Counted from the stretch's first letter, positions 12,469 to 25,687 are shown. The stretch is 64,000 nucleotides of DNA from Leucoraja erinacea (GCF_028641065.1 NC_073389.1:27838001-27902000); one strand, 5' to 3'. A program made the numbers and translations. The notes: generated from the letters alone by a model not told the origin.

Positions 12469-12770
12469 GGACACAGTGACACAACCTGTAGAGCCGCTGC
12501 CTCACAGCGCCAGAAACTGGTTCAATCCTAATCTCGGGTGTTGTCTGTGTGGAATTTGCTCATTGTCCCTGTGACTGTGGGTCTCCTCGCAGTGCCTGAA
12601 GACACAAAGACGTGCAGGCTGGTATGTTAATTGGCCGTCTGTACGTTGCCTTCTAGAGTGCAGGGAGTGGATGAGAAAATCGGATAACGTAGAACTAGTG
12701 TGAACGGGTGATTGATGGTCAGCGTGGACTCGGTGGGCCGAAGGGCCTGTTTCCATCTATCTTGAAACTA
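12469..12770 (+). mobile_element. HE1/V-SINE-like SINE inserted in a CR1 fragment
   Basis: SINE head, core and tail; CR1 sequence continues on both sides. Confidence 0.72.
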
Positions 12771-14095
12771 GATGGCATAGGTTTAATGTAAGAGGGACAG
12801 ATTTTAATAGGAAGTTGAGGGGCAATGTTTTTACACAGAGGGTTGTGGGTATGTGGAAGGAGCAGCCAGAGGAGGTAGTTGAGGCAGGTACTATAATAAC
12901 ATTTAAAAGACTCAGATGCATGGATAGTAATGGTTTAGAGGGATATGGGCCAAATGAGGACTAACTTAGATTGTGTTAGAAACATAGAAAATAGGTGCAG
13001 GAGTAGGCCATTCGGCCCTTCAAGCCTGCACCGCCATTCAATATGATCATGGCTGATCATCCAACTCAGTATCCCGTATCTGCCTTCTCTCCATACCCCC
13101 TGATTCCTTTAGCCACAAGGGCCACATCTAGCTCCCTCTTAAATATAGCAAGAGGGAGTTAGATGTTCTTGAATGAGTTGGGCAGAAGGGCTTGTTTCCC
13201 AGCTCTATGTCTCAATATTCTTGCTTTATGCTCATAAATCTTAAATCTATTCCCAGCCATATTGTTAGACAATCCACTCACCACGCAGCAACTATCAATA
13301 TAGTGAACCTATAAGGGAATGGCAAGGTTGAGAGGGAGATCCTAGTAACATCGTGCACAGAAACAGGCCCTTCAGCCCACAATGCCTGTGCCGAGCATGA
13401 TGCCAAGTTAAACTAATCTTCTTTGACTGTAACAAATCCAAATCCCTGCATATCCATGTGCCTATCTAAAAGTCTCTTAAACATCACTATCGTATCTGCC
13501 TCCACCACCACCCCTGGCATCATGTTCCAAACACCCACCAGCCTCTGTATAAAAATAAACTTGCCCCGTACTTCTCCTTTAAACCTTGCCTCTCTCACCT
13601 TAAAGCTATGCCCGCTAGACTTTGGTAATTCTACCCAGAGGAAGACGGTTCTGATTGTCCACCCTATCTAAGTCTCGCATAATTTTATACTGTACCTCTA
13701 TAACCTCGTGGGCAAAGTGTTAAAAATCAATTGAAGGAATTGTATTGCTTAATTTTTGTTTTAAATAACATTTTTGCATCTTTTTCGCTGAAAGCAAATG
13801 ATCTTGTGGGATATTTTAAAATGAAGAACTTTTACTTTGGCTACTAAAAGAAATCTGTGGGATTCGGATTGGTTTGGGGAGAGCTTTATCTGAATCTGAA
13901 TGATTCCAATAACGCCCATCTTGTAAATTGTGGACACAAATGATTGCAATGAAGAAAGATGTTGTCTTCCCATCTGGTGAAAACAAGACAAGAGACTGCC
14001 CCTTGAGAATTAGTGGCTATTTTGGTGTAGGTATGCAATTATCATGTGTGCCTAGATACAGTGAAAAGCTTTTGTTTGCGTGCTATGCGTGCAAG

Positions 14096-14505
14096 GGTGG
14101 CACAATGGCACAGCTGGTAGAGCTGCCACCTCACAGCGCCAATGACCCGGGTTCGATCTTGACCTCCGACGCTGCCGGTGTGGAGTTTGCACGTTGTCCC
14201 TGTCACCGTGTGAGTTTCCTCCGGGGGCTCCAGTTTCCACCCACATCCCAAAGACGTGCGGGTTTTTAGGTTAATTGGCTGTCTATAAATTGCTGCGAAC
14301 TTTGTGTCTTTTTTTTTGTAAACCAGCATCTGCAGTTCCTTGCTTCTACTTTTCACTGTACCTTGGTACATGTGCCAATAATAAACCTAACATATCGAGT
14401 GTGGAGAGTGGACAGGAAAGTGGGATAACATAGATCTAGTGCGAACATGTGATTGACGGTCAACATGGAATCGGTGGGCCGAAGGGCCTGTTTCCATGCT
14501 GTGTC
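14096..14505 (+). mobile_element. HE1/V-SINE-like SINE (interrupted ~14295-14395)
   Basis: A box TGGCACAGCTGG, B box GGTTCGATC, core and tail. Confidence 0.72.
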
Positions 14506-15097
14506 ATTCACTCATTAATTTATTAATTTTGAATTATTGATTTAAAAAATAATTTTATTGTATGTTATGTATGTGTATCATGTTTACAGCCCTGTTAAGC
14601 TGCAGCAAGTAAGAATTTCATTGTTCTGTTGTCGGTACATATGACGATTAAAACATTCTTGACTTGACTTCAAATCAAATTGTACTATGCATGAGTACAA
14701 TCAAGCTACGTACAAATACAACAGGCAAAGCAAAGAGAAAAATACCAGAGTGCAGAATATAGTGTTACAGTGTTGTAGTGCTACTGTTATAGAGGGAAAA
14801 GTCCAAGGTCCTCAATGGGATAAGTTGGTATTGATTTATTATTGTCACGTGTGCTGAGATACACTGAAAAGCTTTGTTTGCATGCTGACCGATTAAATCT
14901 ACATGGGTACAATCAAACCATACACAAGTACACAGAGAACGCAAGGAGCAAAGTACCAAAATATAAAGCAAAACACAAAATGTCGGAGGAACTCCAAGGT
15001 CAGGTCATAGGAGCAGAATTAGGTAATTCAGCCCATCGAGTTTGAATCTAGTCCACAGATCATCTGTGGAGAGAATGGGTAGGCAACATTTTAGGGC

Positions 15098-15384
15098 TAG
15101 TTTACTTTAGTTTGGAGATAAAGCACGGATACAGGCTCGTTGGCCCACCAAGGCTGCGCCAACCAGCGATCCCCGCACACTTACACCATCCTACACACAC
15201 TAAAGGACAATTTACAATTATACCAAGCCAATTAGCCTACAAACATGTAAGTTGTTAGAGTGTGGGAGGATACTGGATAAAACCCACGCAGTTCATGGGG
15301 AGAATGTACAAACTCGGTACAGACAGCACCCATAGTCAGGATCTAACACGTCTTTGGCGCTTCTGCTGCACCACTGTGCCACCC
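15098..15384 (-). mobile_element. HE1/V-SINE-like SINE
   Basis: Reverse-complement match to the family core and tail. Confidence 0.7.
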
Positions 15385-16518
15385 TTCTTCCATGCAGAGT
15401 ATAGTTTTGCAGGATGGAAGATTTGCAGAATTAATTTGGCCACTCGCCTCCACATCCCCCCCCACCACCATTTAGTACGATCATGGCTAATCTATTTGCA
15501 ACCTAATTTCCACATTCCCATCTACCCTTGTAATCTCACTGCCCTTTGCTTATCTCAAATCTATCACTGCCTTAAAAATAGTCAAAGGCACTAAGGTAGA
15601 ACGGTGTGGATGGGAAAGGCTCACAGGGATATGTTTAGTTTAGTTTATTGTCGCATGAGGAATATGGATTCAGTGCATCATGCTCGACCAGCTCAATTGT
15701 AATGTATTGTCTTTCCACTGACTGGTTAGCACGCAACAAAAGCTTTTCACTGTACCTCGGTACACGTGACAATAAACTAAACTAAACAAAACATTGTGGC
15801 TGAAGGGCCTGTTCTTGTGCTGTATTGTTTCATGTTCTATTAACAGTGAATATTAAAAGAGTATTTACTGTTAAACATGTTTGCAGACTTATTTTTGTGC
15901 CGATCTATGTTTAGGAAAACCTTAAAGGGAAATGGGTCGAATGTGGGCAAATGGGATTCGCTTAGATGGGGCATCTTGGTCGGCGTGGACAAGTTGGGCC
16001 TGTTTCCGTGCTGTATCTCTAAACAATACTAAGTTAAAATAACACAAATAAAGATTGCTAGAGTAACTCTGTGGATCAGGAAGCATCCCTGGAGAAAATG
16101 ATGGGCGACGCTTCGGGTCTGGACACTTCTTCAGACTACAAAAGGAATACTTGTGGTCTCGCCAGTGTTCGATATAACTGAAGCATTGCCTTCGTACTTT
16201 TGTATTCACCTCCTCAAGCCATAAACATAACATGTTGCCTTTCCTAATTAGTGCTGTAATGGCTTTTCTAATTACCTGCAAACGAGCCTTTTGCAAATCG
16301 TGTACTATGAAACACAGATCTCGCAAATCTCAGCCGTTTCTCATCATTTAGCTCATTATGCTTCTCACCCAGAGTAGGGAAATCACGAAACAGAGGTCAC
16401 ATGTTTAAGGTGAGAGGGGAAAAATATAAAAGGAAAGTGAGAGGCAACCTCTTCACTCAGAGGATGGCAGGTAAATGGAATGAGCTGCCAGAGGAGGTAG
16501 TTGAGGGAAGTATTATAA

Positions 16519-17110
16519 TCTATATCTATCTATATCTTATAACTATTAAATCTCTGATCTTGGATGTGTGTGTGTGTGATCATACTGCTCGAAAAAAGCG
16601 ATGCTCTGACGGTAACATTTTTACTAATTCCTGTAGTGTTTTATCCCGTGAAGTCAAAAATCGGCTTGCCTGAAAATTTTGAGCTTTATTTCTTGAGTTA
16701 TTTATGAAAATGTTAAAAAATGTCAAATATTTTGAGCTGATGATGTCACCATGGGTCTGCTCACGCCGCCTGCTGCGCACTGTTTTACACGCGCTGTGAG
16801 TTGCGTCACTCCCCCCCCCCCCCCCCCCCCCCGACTCGCAGTGATTTAGTCGCCGCCCGCTCGAAGTCGACTCCCACTCGGCCGCCCTGCCGTGCCCGCA
16901 GCCCAGCCGCCTCCCCCCCCCCCCCCCCCCCCCCGGGCTCTGGATTGAAGCCGCTGAACATACAGTAATTTGGTTGACACGCGCCCCGCTGACCGCTGCC
17001 TGCCCCTTCTTCCACTCCCCGCTCGCTTTTCACGGCCTGCTCGCTGCGCTGTGAGTGAAGAACGAGCAAGTCGGGCCCTGCCCCAGATATCTCTCTCTCT
17101 CTCTCTCTCA
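16519..17110 (+). mobile_element. Putative Helitron-like non-autonomous element, 5' portion (related inverted copy ~40095-40665)
   Basis: Begins TCTATATCTATCTATATCTTATAACTATTAAATCTCTGATCTTGGATGTGTG; the reverse complement of 40631-40666 matches this start. No 3' hairpin/CTAG seen, so the class is tentative. Confidence 0.35.
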
Positions 17111-17467
17111 CACACAATGTCTGTTCCAAACATGAAGCAAAGACTATCACGTATCTACCTGCACATATCCAATATCCCTCCATTCCCTGCATATCCATGT
17201 GCCTCTCTAAAACCCTCGTAAACACCACTATCCTATTTACCTCCACTGCCGCCCCTGACAGCGGGTTCCAGGCACTCGCAACGTCCTGTGTAAAAGAGAA
17301 ATGTCCCTGCACATCTGCTTTCAACTTTGTCCTTCTCACATGAAAGCAATGTCCTCTAGTAAATATGGTTTGCAAGATAAAACTCGGGTTTACACGTGAC
17401 TGTAATAATTTAAATATAAAATTGATATTATTTGACGGATCAGTTCTAATAAATTATTACAGATTTA

Positions 17468-17768
17468 GGGCAGCACAGTGGCGCAGCAGCTAGAACCGCT
17501 GCCTCACAGCGCCAGAGATCCAGTTGACGATCCTGACCTTGAGTGCTGTCTGTGTGGAGTTTGTATGTTCTCCCTGTGACCACGTGGGTCTCCTCCAGGT
17601 GCTCCAGTTTCCCTCCCACATCACAAAGATGTGTGGATTTGTGGGTTAATTGGCTGTCTGGAAATTGCCCCTCGTGTGTAGGGAGTGAATGAGATAATGG
17701 GATAACATAGAACTAGTGTGAATGATGGTTTGTGTGGATTCAGTGGGCATGTATCTCTGAAACTAAAA
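17468..17768 (+). mobile_element. HE1/V-SINE-like SINE
   Basis: GGGCAGCACAGTGGCGCAGC head, core and tail. Confidence 0.75.
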
Positions 17769-19515
17769 AACACATTTTACAAAAATTTGAGCTTGAAAAA
17801 TGTTTACAGTGTAACATCAAAAATATTCACCTCGGCCTCGTTGTTTTGCTTGTTATAGTGTTAAAAACCAGAGTGCAAACCCAACACTTGTACAAATTCC
17901 AGTGGGCAGCTTCACGTTGATGTAATACAGAGGTTCATTGGAGCAAGATGGCTCATTTGCATCTTTTATTTTTAAGCAGACCATCTGTTCGAAATTGGCA
18001 TGAATTAAGTCAAAGCACTGGCATATCCAAATGTAACACTGTGAACCCAGTCAAAGCTTGAAGCTGAATAGCCAGGCCTTGGGGATAAGGACTATCACTG
18101 CTAAAAACCTGAGCTGGGAGCCAAAAGCCAATTAAAAATTCCTGCTGCCACCTTCCATCAGCGGTACGCAGAGGTGGGGAGCTTGGGTGTCGGGAATATT
18201 TGTGGGGTGGGTGAATTCAATAAGAGATGCTGCCTGACCTGCTGAGTTACTCCAGCACTTTGTGTTTATCTTTGGTTGAAACCATAGTCTGCAGTTCCTT
18301 TGTTTCTACATATAGGTTGGTGTAATGTTAAAACAGGCTTGCCAGCGAAAATTGAGTTGTCTTCTAACAGTCCTTATGTGAACAGGTACATGAATAGGAT
18401 AGGTTTAGATGGATATGGGCCAAATGCACACAGGTGGGTCTAGTGTAGGTTGACTAATGATATGGGACAAAATCGGGCAAATGGGAGTAACTTTGATGGA
18501 GCATGTTGGTCGGCATGTGCAAGTTGGGATGAAGGGCCTGTTGCCATGCTGTACGACTCGATAAACGGTACACTCTACATTAAACTTAATTTTAAACGAT
18601 GTTCAACATTTGTAACCTTGCATAAATTAGCCGGCGTTGAAGATCTGCCAATTGCCTGCAGGCTGTGAGCAAATTATGAAAAGGATTCTTCTTTGAATAA
18701 CATTCAATGGCAAGCTCGCTGCTCATTTGTACAGATATCCCTAGAAGAATGGGAAAGCCCAGACCATCACACAAACCAACCTCCCTTCCATTGACACCAT
18801 CTACACCTCACGCTGCCTCGGCAAGGCCAGCAGCATAATCAAGGACGAACCACAATCCAGTCACTCCCTCTTCTCTGAAAGAGAATGCTACTTCTTCTTC
18901 TGCTGTGAAAACTCACACCTTTGCATTCAGCGACAGTTTCTTCCCAGCTGCTATCAGGCAACTGAACCATCTTATCAACAATTTAGAGAGTGGTCCTGAG
19001 CTACTATCCACCTCACTGGAGACCCTCAGGCTATCTTTGATCGGACTTTACTAGATTCTATCGCACTAAACATTATTTGTGTTATCCCCTTTATTCATGT
19101 ATCTGTACACTGTGGATGGCTCAATTGTAATTGTGTACCTCTGTATTGTCACCTCACAATAAATTAAACTCTACAATAGTCAAAAGCCCCGAGCAATATC
19201 ACCAAGCTGATTGTCACTTGTGCTGACAGGCGGAGTAGTGACTGTGCTCTTTGTTGGTCTGTTCCCCGACCTACAAGCATTGCATCTACAGCGTCACCAC
19301 TGTATGTAATGGGCACGTGCCTGACACACCTGGTCTCCCTCGAGGGTGAGAAGTCCCATTCTCCAAGCAAGTAATTCCAGTCCGTCAAATTTCCAGGGCA
19401 AATCCTGAATGCTTCCAGCACGTTAAAGGCCCATTTATTTTAATGCCCAATTGCTGCTAAAACGTCTCCACTTCTGTTTTTGATGAAGGGCCCTGACCTG
19501 AAACATCGCCTATCA

Positions 19516-19858
19516 GGCGGCACAGTGATGCCGTGATAGAATTGCTGCCTCATAACCAAAGACACTAGGCTCATACCACCACAGACCCGGGTTCGTCCAC
19601 AGACTACGCGTGCTGTCTGCACGGAGTTGTTACATTCTCCCTGTGACCGCGTGGGTTTTCTCCGCGTGCTCCGGTTTCCTCCCACATCTCAAAGACCTGT
19701 GGGTTTGCAGGTTAATTGGCTTCTGTAAATTGCCCCTAGTTTTTAGGGAGTGAATGTGAAAACGGGATAATGTAGAACTAGTGTGAGTGGGCGATCGATG
19801 GTCAGCACAGACTCGGTGAGCCGAAGAGCCAGTTTCCAGGCTGCATCTCTAAAGCTAA
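19516..19858 (+). mobile_element. HE1/V-SINE-like SINE
   Basis: Head with GGTTCG, core and tail. Confidence 0.75.
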
Positions 19859-19865
19859 TCCTAAT

Positions 19866-20492
19866 ATTATCCATGTTCTCCAGGGATGTTGCCTGACCCC
19901 CTGAGTTACTCCAGCACTTTGTGTCTTTTTTGGTATGAACCAGCTTCTGGGGTTCCTTGTGACTTCACTTTTGTTTATATCCATCTACATCTTCCACCAA
20001 TATTCCTCCCTCCGTCTTTGCAATTCACTCCTTCTTCTCTCGTTTGCCCTTTTATCTCCTTTTCACCTCCAGCCTTTGTCACTCGCTCCACCCATCTGCC
20101 AATCAACCCCCCCCCCTCCCCCTCCCCAGTAACCATTTATCACATGCCAGGGTTTGTCCCACCCCCACTGTGATTACTCTTCCAGCTTTGTTTTCCAATC
20201 CCCCTCATCCACCCTACGATCAGTCTGAAGAAGTGCTGACCTGAACCGTCACCTATCCACGTTATCCAGAGGTGCTACCAGGCCCGATGAGTCAAAGGCT
20301 TTGGTGGACCGAGCCAAAAGGTCACCAAGTCTACGTTTGGTCTTGCCAATGTACAGGAAGCCATATCGGGATCACCGCTCAGTCTGCCACGTCGCACTCG
20401 GTCCACCAAGATTTGCTAGATCTCCCGGTTGCCAACCCTTTCAACTCCCCTTCATATTCACACGCTGAACTTCCTGTCCCGAGCCTCCTCCA
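19866..20492 (+). mobile_element. PLE remnants: terminal repeats plus GIY-YIG fragment
   Basis: DLPVANPFNSPS.SH..L.V..LL at 20391-20490 (PLE endonuclease region). Pyrimidine-rich 3' region and degenerate hammerhead at 20225-20250. Confidence 0.6.
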
Positions 20493-20967
20493 AAACCTCG
20501 GGCTGAAAGGTCGGTGAGGGAGTGGGAAGAGGAGTCAGTCAGCAACCGGGAGATCCAGCAGGCCTCGGCAAACCACGGCTCGTGACACTATTGAATGTAA
20601 AGACACTGAGAACGTGTGAAGGGTTTTTGCACAGTTTTTGTCGTATATATTTTTTATTCTGCACAAAGTACATTTTTGGAAAATATACCAGTCCGACAGA
20701 AAACAACTAGGCCACAGATATAGAGATACAAACAACTATAGAAACACCAGGACAGGCAGCATCTCTGGAGAAAATGGATGGGTGACTTTCCAGGTCGAGA
20801 CCCTTCTTCAGATTGATTCAAAAATACTCTGCCTCACCATTATGCCCACATATACCATCATTTCCACCCAGTATTTAAATTCTAGAGTTTATAATCTATT
20901 TTTCAATTTTTTAAAAAAAATCCTTTTTACTGCTATTATGGATCTTAATGAAACTTTCCAAAGAAAG

Positions 20968-21222
20968 GGAGCAGCATGGTGGCAGAGCGGTAGTGTTGCT
21001 GCCTTACAGCACCAGAAACCCTGGGTTCAATCCTGACGGCGGGTGCTGTCTTTATGGAGTTTGTATGTTCTCTCTGTTTTCTTTCCTTCCACACTCCAAA
21101 GCCGTGCAGGTTTGTAGATGAATTGTAATTGTCCCTAGTGTGTAGGATAATGCTGGTGTACGGGGTGACCGATGGATGGTGTGGCTTGGTGGGCCCGTTT
21201 TTACACTGTATCTATAAAGTAT
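20968..21222 (+). mobile_element. HE1/V-SINE-like SINE (internally deleted)
   Basis: A box, GGTTCAATCC B box and tail. Confidence 0.7.
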
Positions 21223-21734
21223 AAAGAAAGAAACAGATTTAATAGGGAATCTGAGTTGGAAACAGAAAATACAGCAAAGTAGGAGATCTGGGGGAGAGGA
21301 ATGAAGATGATTTGCTAATGTATTGAGACCGAGATCCTTTCAATGTCGGGCTGAGAGTAATCAAGCAAGCTGCTACATTAAGCAAAGCAGACGGGAAAGA
21401 GAGAGAGCCAACAGATGCTGCACAATATGTGGGTGGAAGCAAGCATAAACTGATTAATCGGGAGCTGGGAGTTGATTAAAAATATTGTTTTTGTGCTAGC
21501 AGATGAGTAGAACAGTACAGCACAGGAACAGGCCCTTCGACCCACAATGTCCATGCTGAACATGATGCCAAATAAAATTAATCTCCCCTATCTGAGGGGT
21601 CCCAACCTGAAACATTACCTATCCATGTTTTTCAGTCTAAAGACGGGTTCAAACATAAAATGTCACCCATCTTTTTCTCCAGAGATGATGCCTGACCTGC
21701 TGAGTTACTCCAGCACTTGTGTCTTTTTTTTTGG

Positions 21735-22050
21735 TGGTGAGGCTGGTGAAGCTGCTGCCTCACAGCGCCAGAGACCCAGGTTCGATCGTGACCTCGGGTG
21801 CTGTCTGTGTGTGGAGTTTGCACGTTCTCTCTGTGACCGTGTGGGTTTGCTCCGGGTGCTACGGTTTCCTCCCACATCACGAAGATGCGCGGGTTTGTAG
21901 GTTAATTGACCTTCTGTAAATTGCCCCCTAGTGTGCAGGGTGCGGATGAGGAAGTGGGATAACTTAGTACTAATGTGAACGGGTGATTTATGGTCGACGT
22001 GGATTTGGTGGGTTGTAGGGCCTGTTGCCATGTTGTATCTCTAAACAAAA
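21735..22050 (+). mobile_element. HE1/V-SINE-like SINE
   Basis: GCTGCCTCACAGCGCCAGAGACCCAGGTTCGATC, core and tail. Confidence 0.78.
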
Positions 22051-22053
22051 CTA

Positions 22054-22701
22054 CTGTATATATATCCCAGCAATAAATACGCAATTTTTTACCCTAAAAC
22101 AAGGCTAAAAAATGTACCTGCAGGGGAGGGGTAAGAGTTCCTTCCACAGCGTGTGGGGAGTCTGGCCCGGGTCAGCACGGCTAGGCCACCAGGGATAAAG
22201 TTGCAGGGAGGGCAGGAGCGTTGAGAAAGAGGGGGTCGGGGATCATGCCAGCAACTCACTCAGTAGCTCGGGTGGCTGCGAGCAGCCGCCGGCACCGGAC
22301 AGCGGAACCGGTCGCCACCTCAGCGCCTTTTGCCAGCCGGCAGCCAGCAACGGTGTCCTTCGACACAGGCGCAACTGGTGGAGGTGGTGGTGGTTGGCAG
22401 GTAGCTACTAGGCGGAAGTCTGGCTGCCCCGTCCCTGGCTCTCTCTCTCTCTCTCCCCGTTATGTGATCTCCCTGAGCCAGGAAGTCCCCGTCCCTCAGA
22501 CGTGAACCGCACAGTGCATTGTGGGGCAGGCGAAGATGGAGGCTCCCCGGTCATTGCCTCCATGAAGGCGTCTCACATCTTCCTTTCTACTGACTAAACC
22601 AAACCTTTGATCCTAGCCCGCCAGCCTTTTATAAAAATTTCGTGACTCAAAATGGGGGTGCATCTTCAACGCAGGTGCGTCTTCATTGCTGGGAGATACG
22701 G
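22054..22701. mobile_element. Non-autonomous Tc1/mariner-superfamily (CCGTA-type, Tc2/pogo-like) MITE
   Basis: Left TA|CTGTATATATATCCCAGCAATAAATACGCA versus right (reverse complement) TA|CCGTATCTCCCAGCAATGAAGACGCA. TA TSDs; GC-rich interior. Confidence 0.7.
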
Positions 22702-22808
22702 TATATTAGATAGACACAGTGTGTAGAAAGGAACTGCAGATGCTGGTTTATGTGGTGTAGATAGACACAAAGTGCTGGAATAACTCACTGGAATAACTCA
22801 CTTTTTAC

Positions 22809-23252
22809 AGTTACAGAGAAAGGTTGAACAAGTTAGGGCTTTATTCTTTGGAGCGCAGAAGGTTAAGGGGGGACTTGATAGAGGTTTTTAAAATGATGAG
22901 AGGGATAGACAGAGTTGACGTGGAAAAGCTTTTCCCACTGAGAGTAGGGAAGATTCAAACAAGGGGACATGACATGAGAATTAAGGGACTGAAGTTTAGG
23001 GGTAACATGAGGGGGAGCTTCTTTACTCAGAGAGTGGTAGCTGTGTGGAATGAGCTTCCAGTGAAGGTGGTGGAGGCAGGTTCGTTTTTATCATTTAAAA
23101 ATAAATTGGATAGTTATATGGATGGGAAGGGAATGGAGGGTTATGGTCTGAGCGCAGGTAGATGGGACTAGGGGAGATTATGTGTTCGGCACGGACTAGA
23201 AGGGTCGAGATGGCCTGTTTCCGTGCTGTAATTGTTATATGGTTATTTGGTT
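22809..23252 (+). mobile_element. CR1 3' fragment (same subfamily as the 59.2-60.9 kb copy) inserted in a PLE terminal repeat
   Basis: Nearly identical to 60421-60860. 8-bp TSD ATAACTCA (22793-22800, 23253-60). The host PLE repeat resumes after the insert. Confidence 0.88.
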
Positions 23253-23543
23253 ATAACTCAGTGGGTCAGGCACCATCTCTGGAGAAAAATATGGGTGACG
23301 TTTTGTGTTTGAACTCTTTGGACTGAAAGTAGAGGGGAGAGAAAAGGCCAGAACAAATCCTTAATTTGCCTTTGTAAATCACCCCTAGGGTGTAGGAGTG
23401 GATGAGAAAGTGGGATGACATGGAACTAATGTTAACGGGTAATTGCTGGTCGGCTTGGAGCCGATGGGCTGAAGAGCCTGTTTCCATGCTGCATCTCCAA
23501 ACAAAACTAAACTAGTGTCTTTATCTAACTTCATATTTCACAG

Positions 23544-23921
23544 GTTTGTGCAGAGCTCAAAGGCAGGTGCAGATGCAGGAAGGACCCCTGATCAGATCGG
23601 AAGGATACCACACAACCATTTGGTGCAACGTATCCGGGTATTCCGGAACTACGGAGCAGAACTTTGAGTGGTCGATCTACCTGCCTTCTGCCCCGACCCG
23701 ACAAATCCAGATCATCAGCACCAACGACCCTGGCTATCCCTACACCATGTACGGGGACAGGGTGCAGAATAAGGAGGTGTACGTGGAGAGGATTGACCGT
23801 GACTCGGCCCAGTTGCACATTACCAACCTCAAGCTGGGAGATGCCGGGGAATATGAATGCCACACTCCCAACACCGAATCCACCTACTGGGGATCGTACA
23901 ATGCCAAGGGGAATCTGACAG
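23544..23921 (+). CDS. IGSF3: Internal coding exon: end of signal peptide plus first Ig V-type domain of an EWI-family protein (immunoglobulin superfamily member 3-like)
   Basis: Acceptor ...tcatatttcacag|GT at 23541-43 and donor G|gtacgt at 23922 give 378 nt, phase 1-1, typical of Ig-domain exons. Translation GLCRAQRQVQMQEGPLIRSEGYHTTIWCNVSGYSGTTEQNFEWSIYLPSAPTRQIQIIST...DAGEYECHTPNTESTYWGSYNAKGNLT closely resembles the IGSF3 N-terminus as I recall it (QRQVTVQEGPL.R.EG...IWCNVSGY.G..EQNFQWSIYLPS.P...DAGEYECHTP). B-strand Cys, C-strand Trp and DxGxYxC are intact. Paralogues CD101, IGSF8 and PTGFRN are less similar but not excluded without a search. Confidence 0.88.
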
Positions 23922-24485
23922 GTACGTGACTCTTGACTTCACATTGCTAGCTATTGTTAATGCCACACAAACTTGTCTGGATTGGCACAGCGGCACAGCA
24001 GGTGGAGCTGCTGCCTCCAAGCTACAGGCCACATGACTTTAGACACAAGGTGCTGGTGTAACTCAAGGGGTTCGGCAGCATCTCTGGAGAACATGGATTA
24101 GTGATGTTTTGGGTCGGGACCTATATCTTTTCTCCAGGGCTGCTGCCTGACCCGCTAAGTTACTCCAGCACTTTGTGTCTATCTTCAGTGTGAACCAGCA
24201 TCTGCAGTTCCTTCTTCCATGGACTTTTATTTTTATTTTTTTATTTTATTTATTAGAAGTAAGTACAATACAATGGTACCTTTTTTCAGGTGCCAAATAT
24301 ATGTTGACATGATACATTCTCTGTACATTGAAACATAGAAAATAGGTGCAGGAGTAGGCCATTCGGCCCTTCGAGCCTGCACCGCCATTCGATATGATCA
24401 TGGCTGATCATCCAACTCAGTATCCCATCTCCATACCCCCTGATCTCCATTGATCCCTGATCCCTTCTCATACCCCCATACTGAT

Positions 24486-24645
24486 NNNNNNNNNNNNNNN
24501 NNNNNNNNNNNNNNNNNNNNNNNNNNNNNNNNNNNNNNNNNNNNNNNNNNNNNNNNNNNNNNNNNNNNNNNNNNNNNNNNNNNNNNNNNNNNNNNNNNNN
24601 NNNNNNNNNNNNNNNNNNNNNNNNNNNNNNNNNNNNNNNNNNNNN
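24486..24645. other. Assembly gap (160 N) inside a CR1 3' fragment
   Basis: N run; the left flank is a stuttered version of the CR1 consensus seen at 36340-36400. Confidence 0.98.
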
Positions 24646-24927
24646 CTCCCCTCCCTCTTAAATATAGCCAATGAACTGGCCTCAACTACCTTCTGTGGCA
24701 GAGAATTCCACAGATTCACCACTCTTCATTTTTTATTTTTTTTCAAAGAAAGAAATGAAAAAGATAATAGAGAGTAGAAGAACGTGTAGTGTGTATAAAA
24801 AAGAAAGAGATAGTGAGAAAGAAAAGTAAGAAAGAATAAGGAGCAAGAGAGAGATTAGCAAATAGGAGATAGAGATGAGTTTCTATATTGTTGACCATTT
24901 TTCACCCAGACCTGAAACAGTTGTTTT

Positions 24928-25687
24928 TTACGATTCTGTTGCACCACATGAATTCAAGAAGTCAATAAATGGAGACCAACTCGTTAAGAATTGGTCTGGT
25001 TTATCTATTAGGAGGAATCGCATTTCTTCAAGATGTGCTGTGTCCAACATATTTATAATCCACATTTTGAGCGTTGACATGGTTGTATTTTTCCAAAATT
25101 TAAGTATAAGTTTTTTTGCTATTATTAACCCATAATTAAATGAATTTTGGCATGTGTTTAATTTGTTCCCGTCTCCGGTTACTCCAAATAAAATCAATTC
25201 AGTATTAGGTTCAATTTTTGTCTTGAATAGATTTGTGAATATATCAAAAATATCACACCAAAATTTATGAAGTTGTATACAGGAAACAAAAGAGTGTGTA
25301 ATATTGGCATTTTGAGATAGACATTTATCACAAATGGGAGAAATATTTGGATAAAAGTTATTCAGCCTAGTTTTTGGGTAATATAGTCTATGTAGTATTT
25401 TGAATTGAATTAAGTTGTGTCTTACATTAATCAAACATTTATGTATATATATCAAATACTTTTCCCATGTTTCTTTCGAGATTTTTATCATTAATTCTCG
25501 TTCCCAGTCTTCTCTAAGTGCCTCTGTTGATGGTAATTCTCTATTTAAAATACTATTATATAGATATGATATTAATTTTTGTGAGTCAGCCCTAATATTC
25601 ATTGATTCTTCCAGTGGGTCTAAAATTATAATTTGAAATCTTTGTATATATTTCTTCATAAAATCACAGATCTGTAAATATTTAAAG
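24928..25687 (-). pseudogene. L1-type ORF2 C-terminal region with Cys/His zinc-knuckle-like motif
   Basis: YFKYLQI...QFKILHRLYY...CDKC...HSFVSC..L.KFW...IAKKLILKFWK...W is typical of fish L1/Tx1 ORF2 C-termini. It is cut at 25688 by the TIR insertion. Confidence 0.8.
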
